Shown: piece by piece, positions 62,957 to 64,000 of the stretch
Numbering within the stretch: position 1 is the first letter of the stretch
Layout: every line of letters begins with the position of its first letter
NCBI GenBank assembly: GCA_043228905.1
Contig: JBHGNT010000013.1
Span: forward strand, 20,336,001-20,400,000
From: Azolla caroliniana
Taxonomy: Eukaryota; Plantae; Polypodiophyta
Length of the DNA stretch: 64,000 nt
Direction of reading: 5' to 3'
The notes under the pieces: model-generated
Databases searched by the model: none
What the model saw: only the letters and a program-made list of their open reading frames with translations
Told to the model about the DNA's origin: nothing
Position numbers and translations under genes: made by a program

Positions 62957-63533
62957 GTTTGGGGGGATGTTGAGCATTGGAATAACAACAACCATTTACG
63001 AATAAGAACGCATCAACAAGGATGTAGTACGAAGAGGAAACGGCAAGAGGAAAGGAAAGCAAAGAGACGGTCAAATGTGAAAGGCCCATACCCTAAACGT
63101 GAAAGCTATATAAACCACATAGTAGTGGCTTTTTGGGGGTTCTCCCATTTGTAAAGATCTCCTATTTATTAGAGCTAGAGCTTCCTTTCCTCCTTCTTGT
63201 AACCTTTGAGCTTAAGAGAGATTAGTGAAGTGTTGAGTTAGAGAACACTAATCTCTCTCCTTGTTGGTGCTAGACCTCTTAGCAAAGAGGGTTAATAATA
63301 GACATACTCTTCCTTCTTATTGTCTACATCTATTAATCTATTGTCTATGAGAGAGAGCTTGAGAGAGTGAGAGAGATATCGTGCTTAATCATTTACTAAC
63401 TGTTGAGTGAGTGCGAGGCTCGGAGGTATCCGACAACCATCTCCGTCCGATTCCCCATCAAGAGGGTATACGCCGGTCCGAATCCTGCCACGATATCGAG
63501 GAGCTTACTCCATCAATACATAGATCCTTAACA

Positions 63534-63704
63534 GTAGACAAGAGAGTACACAAGATGTTAACGTGGAAAACCCTAAACAGGAAAAAAAACCATGGGAGCC
63601 CACACACTCCAAACTATCACTATGTCGAAAGAATACAACAAGGGGGCATAGAGGCAATGACCTCGTGCTCACTCTCTTCGCCTGGCGGCGGTTACAACAG
63701 AGAA

Positions 63705-63761
<57 letters not shown>

Positions 63762-64000
63762 CTCTGTACAATAGTTACACCAATAACACTATACAAGATA
63801 ATGACCTACAACGACTAATAACCACCCCAAGAGTTTGCCCTAGGTCATATTTATACTAATATGACTTTCGGGCTATTTACAGATATAACCCCAGTGGGCT
63901 CTCTGGAACATATTTACATATATGTCCCTTCATCCGGTGAGAGGTTCTCATCGGGCCTGCAACATCCGGTTCTCACCGGGTCTGCATCATCCGGTTCTCA
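63534..64000 (-). mobile_element. Copia B-related LTR fragment (flank of element E)
   Basis: Homologous to 23320-23760, including gtggaaaaccc, gacctcgtgctc and ccggttctcaccgggtctgca. Confidence 0.8.

Larger units (their letters stand above)
42930..63533 (+). mobile_element. Large non-chromovirus Gypsy element E (Athila/Tat-like), LTRs 42930-43494 and 62968-63533
   Basis: Similar TGTT...TAACA LTRs; PBS at 43501; GGGGGGA PPT; gag-PR-RT-RH-IN order. Confidence 0.92.

Overview
Eukaryotic, most likely non-seed land-plant (fern-like; inferred from a Tcn1-type chromovirus, a PLS-type PPR fragment and plant tRNA primer sites) repeat-rich DNA with no intact host gene. It is a nested stack of LTR retrotransposons: two Copia families; a Tcn1/Tf1-sushi-like chromovirus (two copies plus a solo LTR); a Gypsy group with 4-bp TSDs and a tRNA-Trp primer; and a ~20.6-kb Athila/Tat-like Gypsy carrying extra ORFs, into which a 5.4-kb hAT transposon with a captured PPR fragment has inserted. 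TSD logic shows that 5902-15588 is a ~9.7-kb inversion that swapped the halves of two chromovirus copies. The most interesting signals are (i) a second retropepsin domain directly after integrase, followed by a long multi-ORF 3' cargo region, in the large Gypsy; (ii) antisense tRNA-like A/B-box modules at canonical spacing in the LTRs of two unrelated Gypsy families; (iii) a covarying Tf1-type self-priming site; and (iv) CpG-centred 4-bp target sites. Domain and family assignments are by eye from motifs; no database searches were run.
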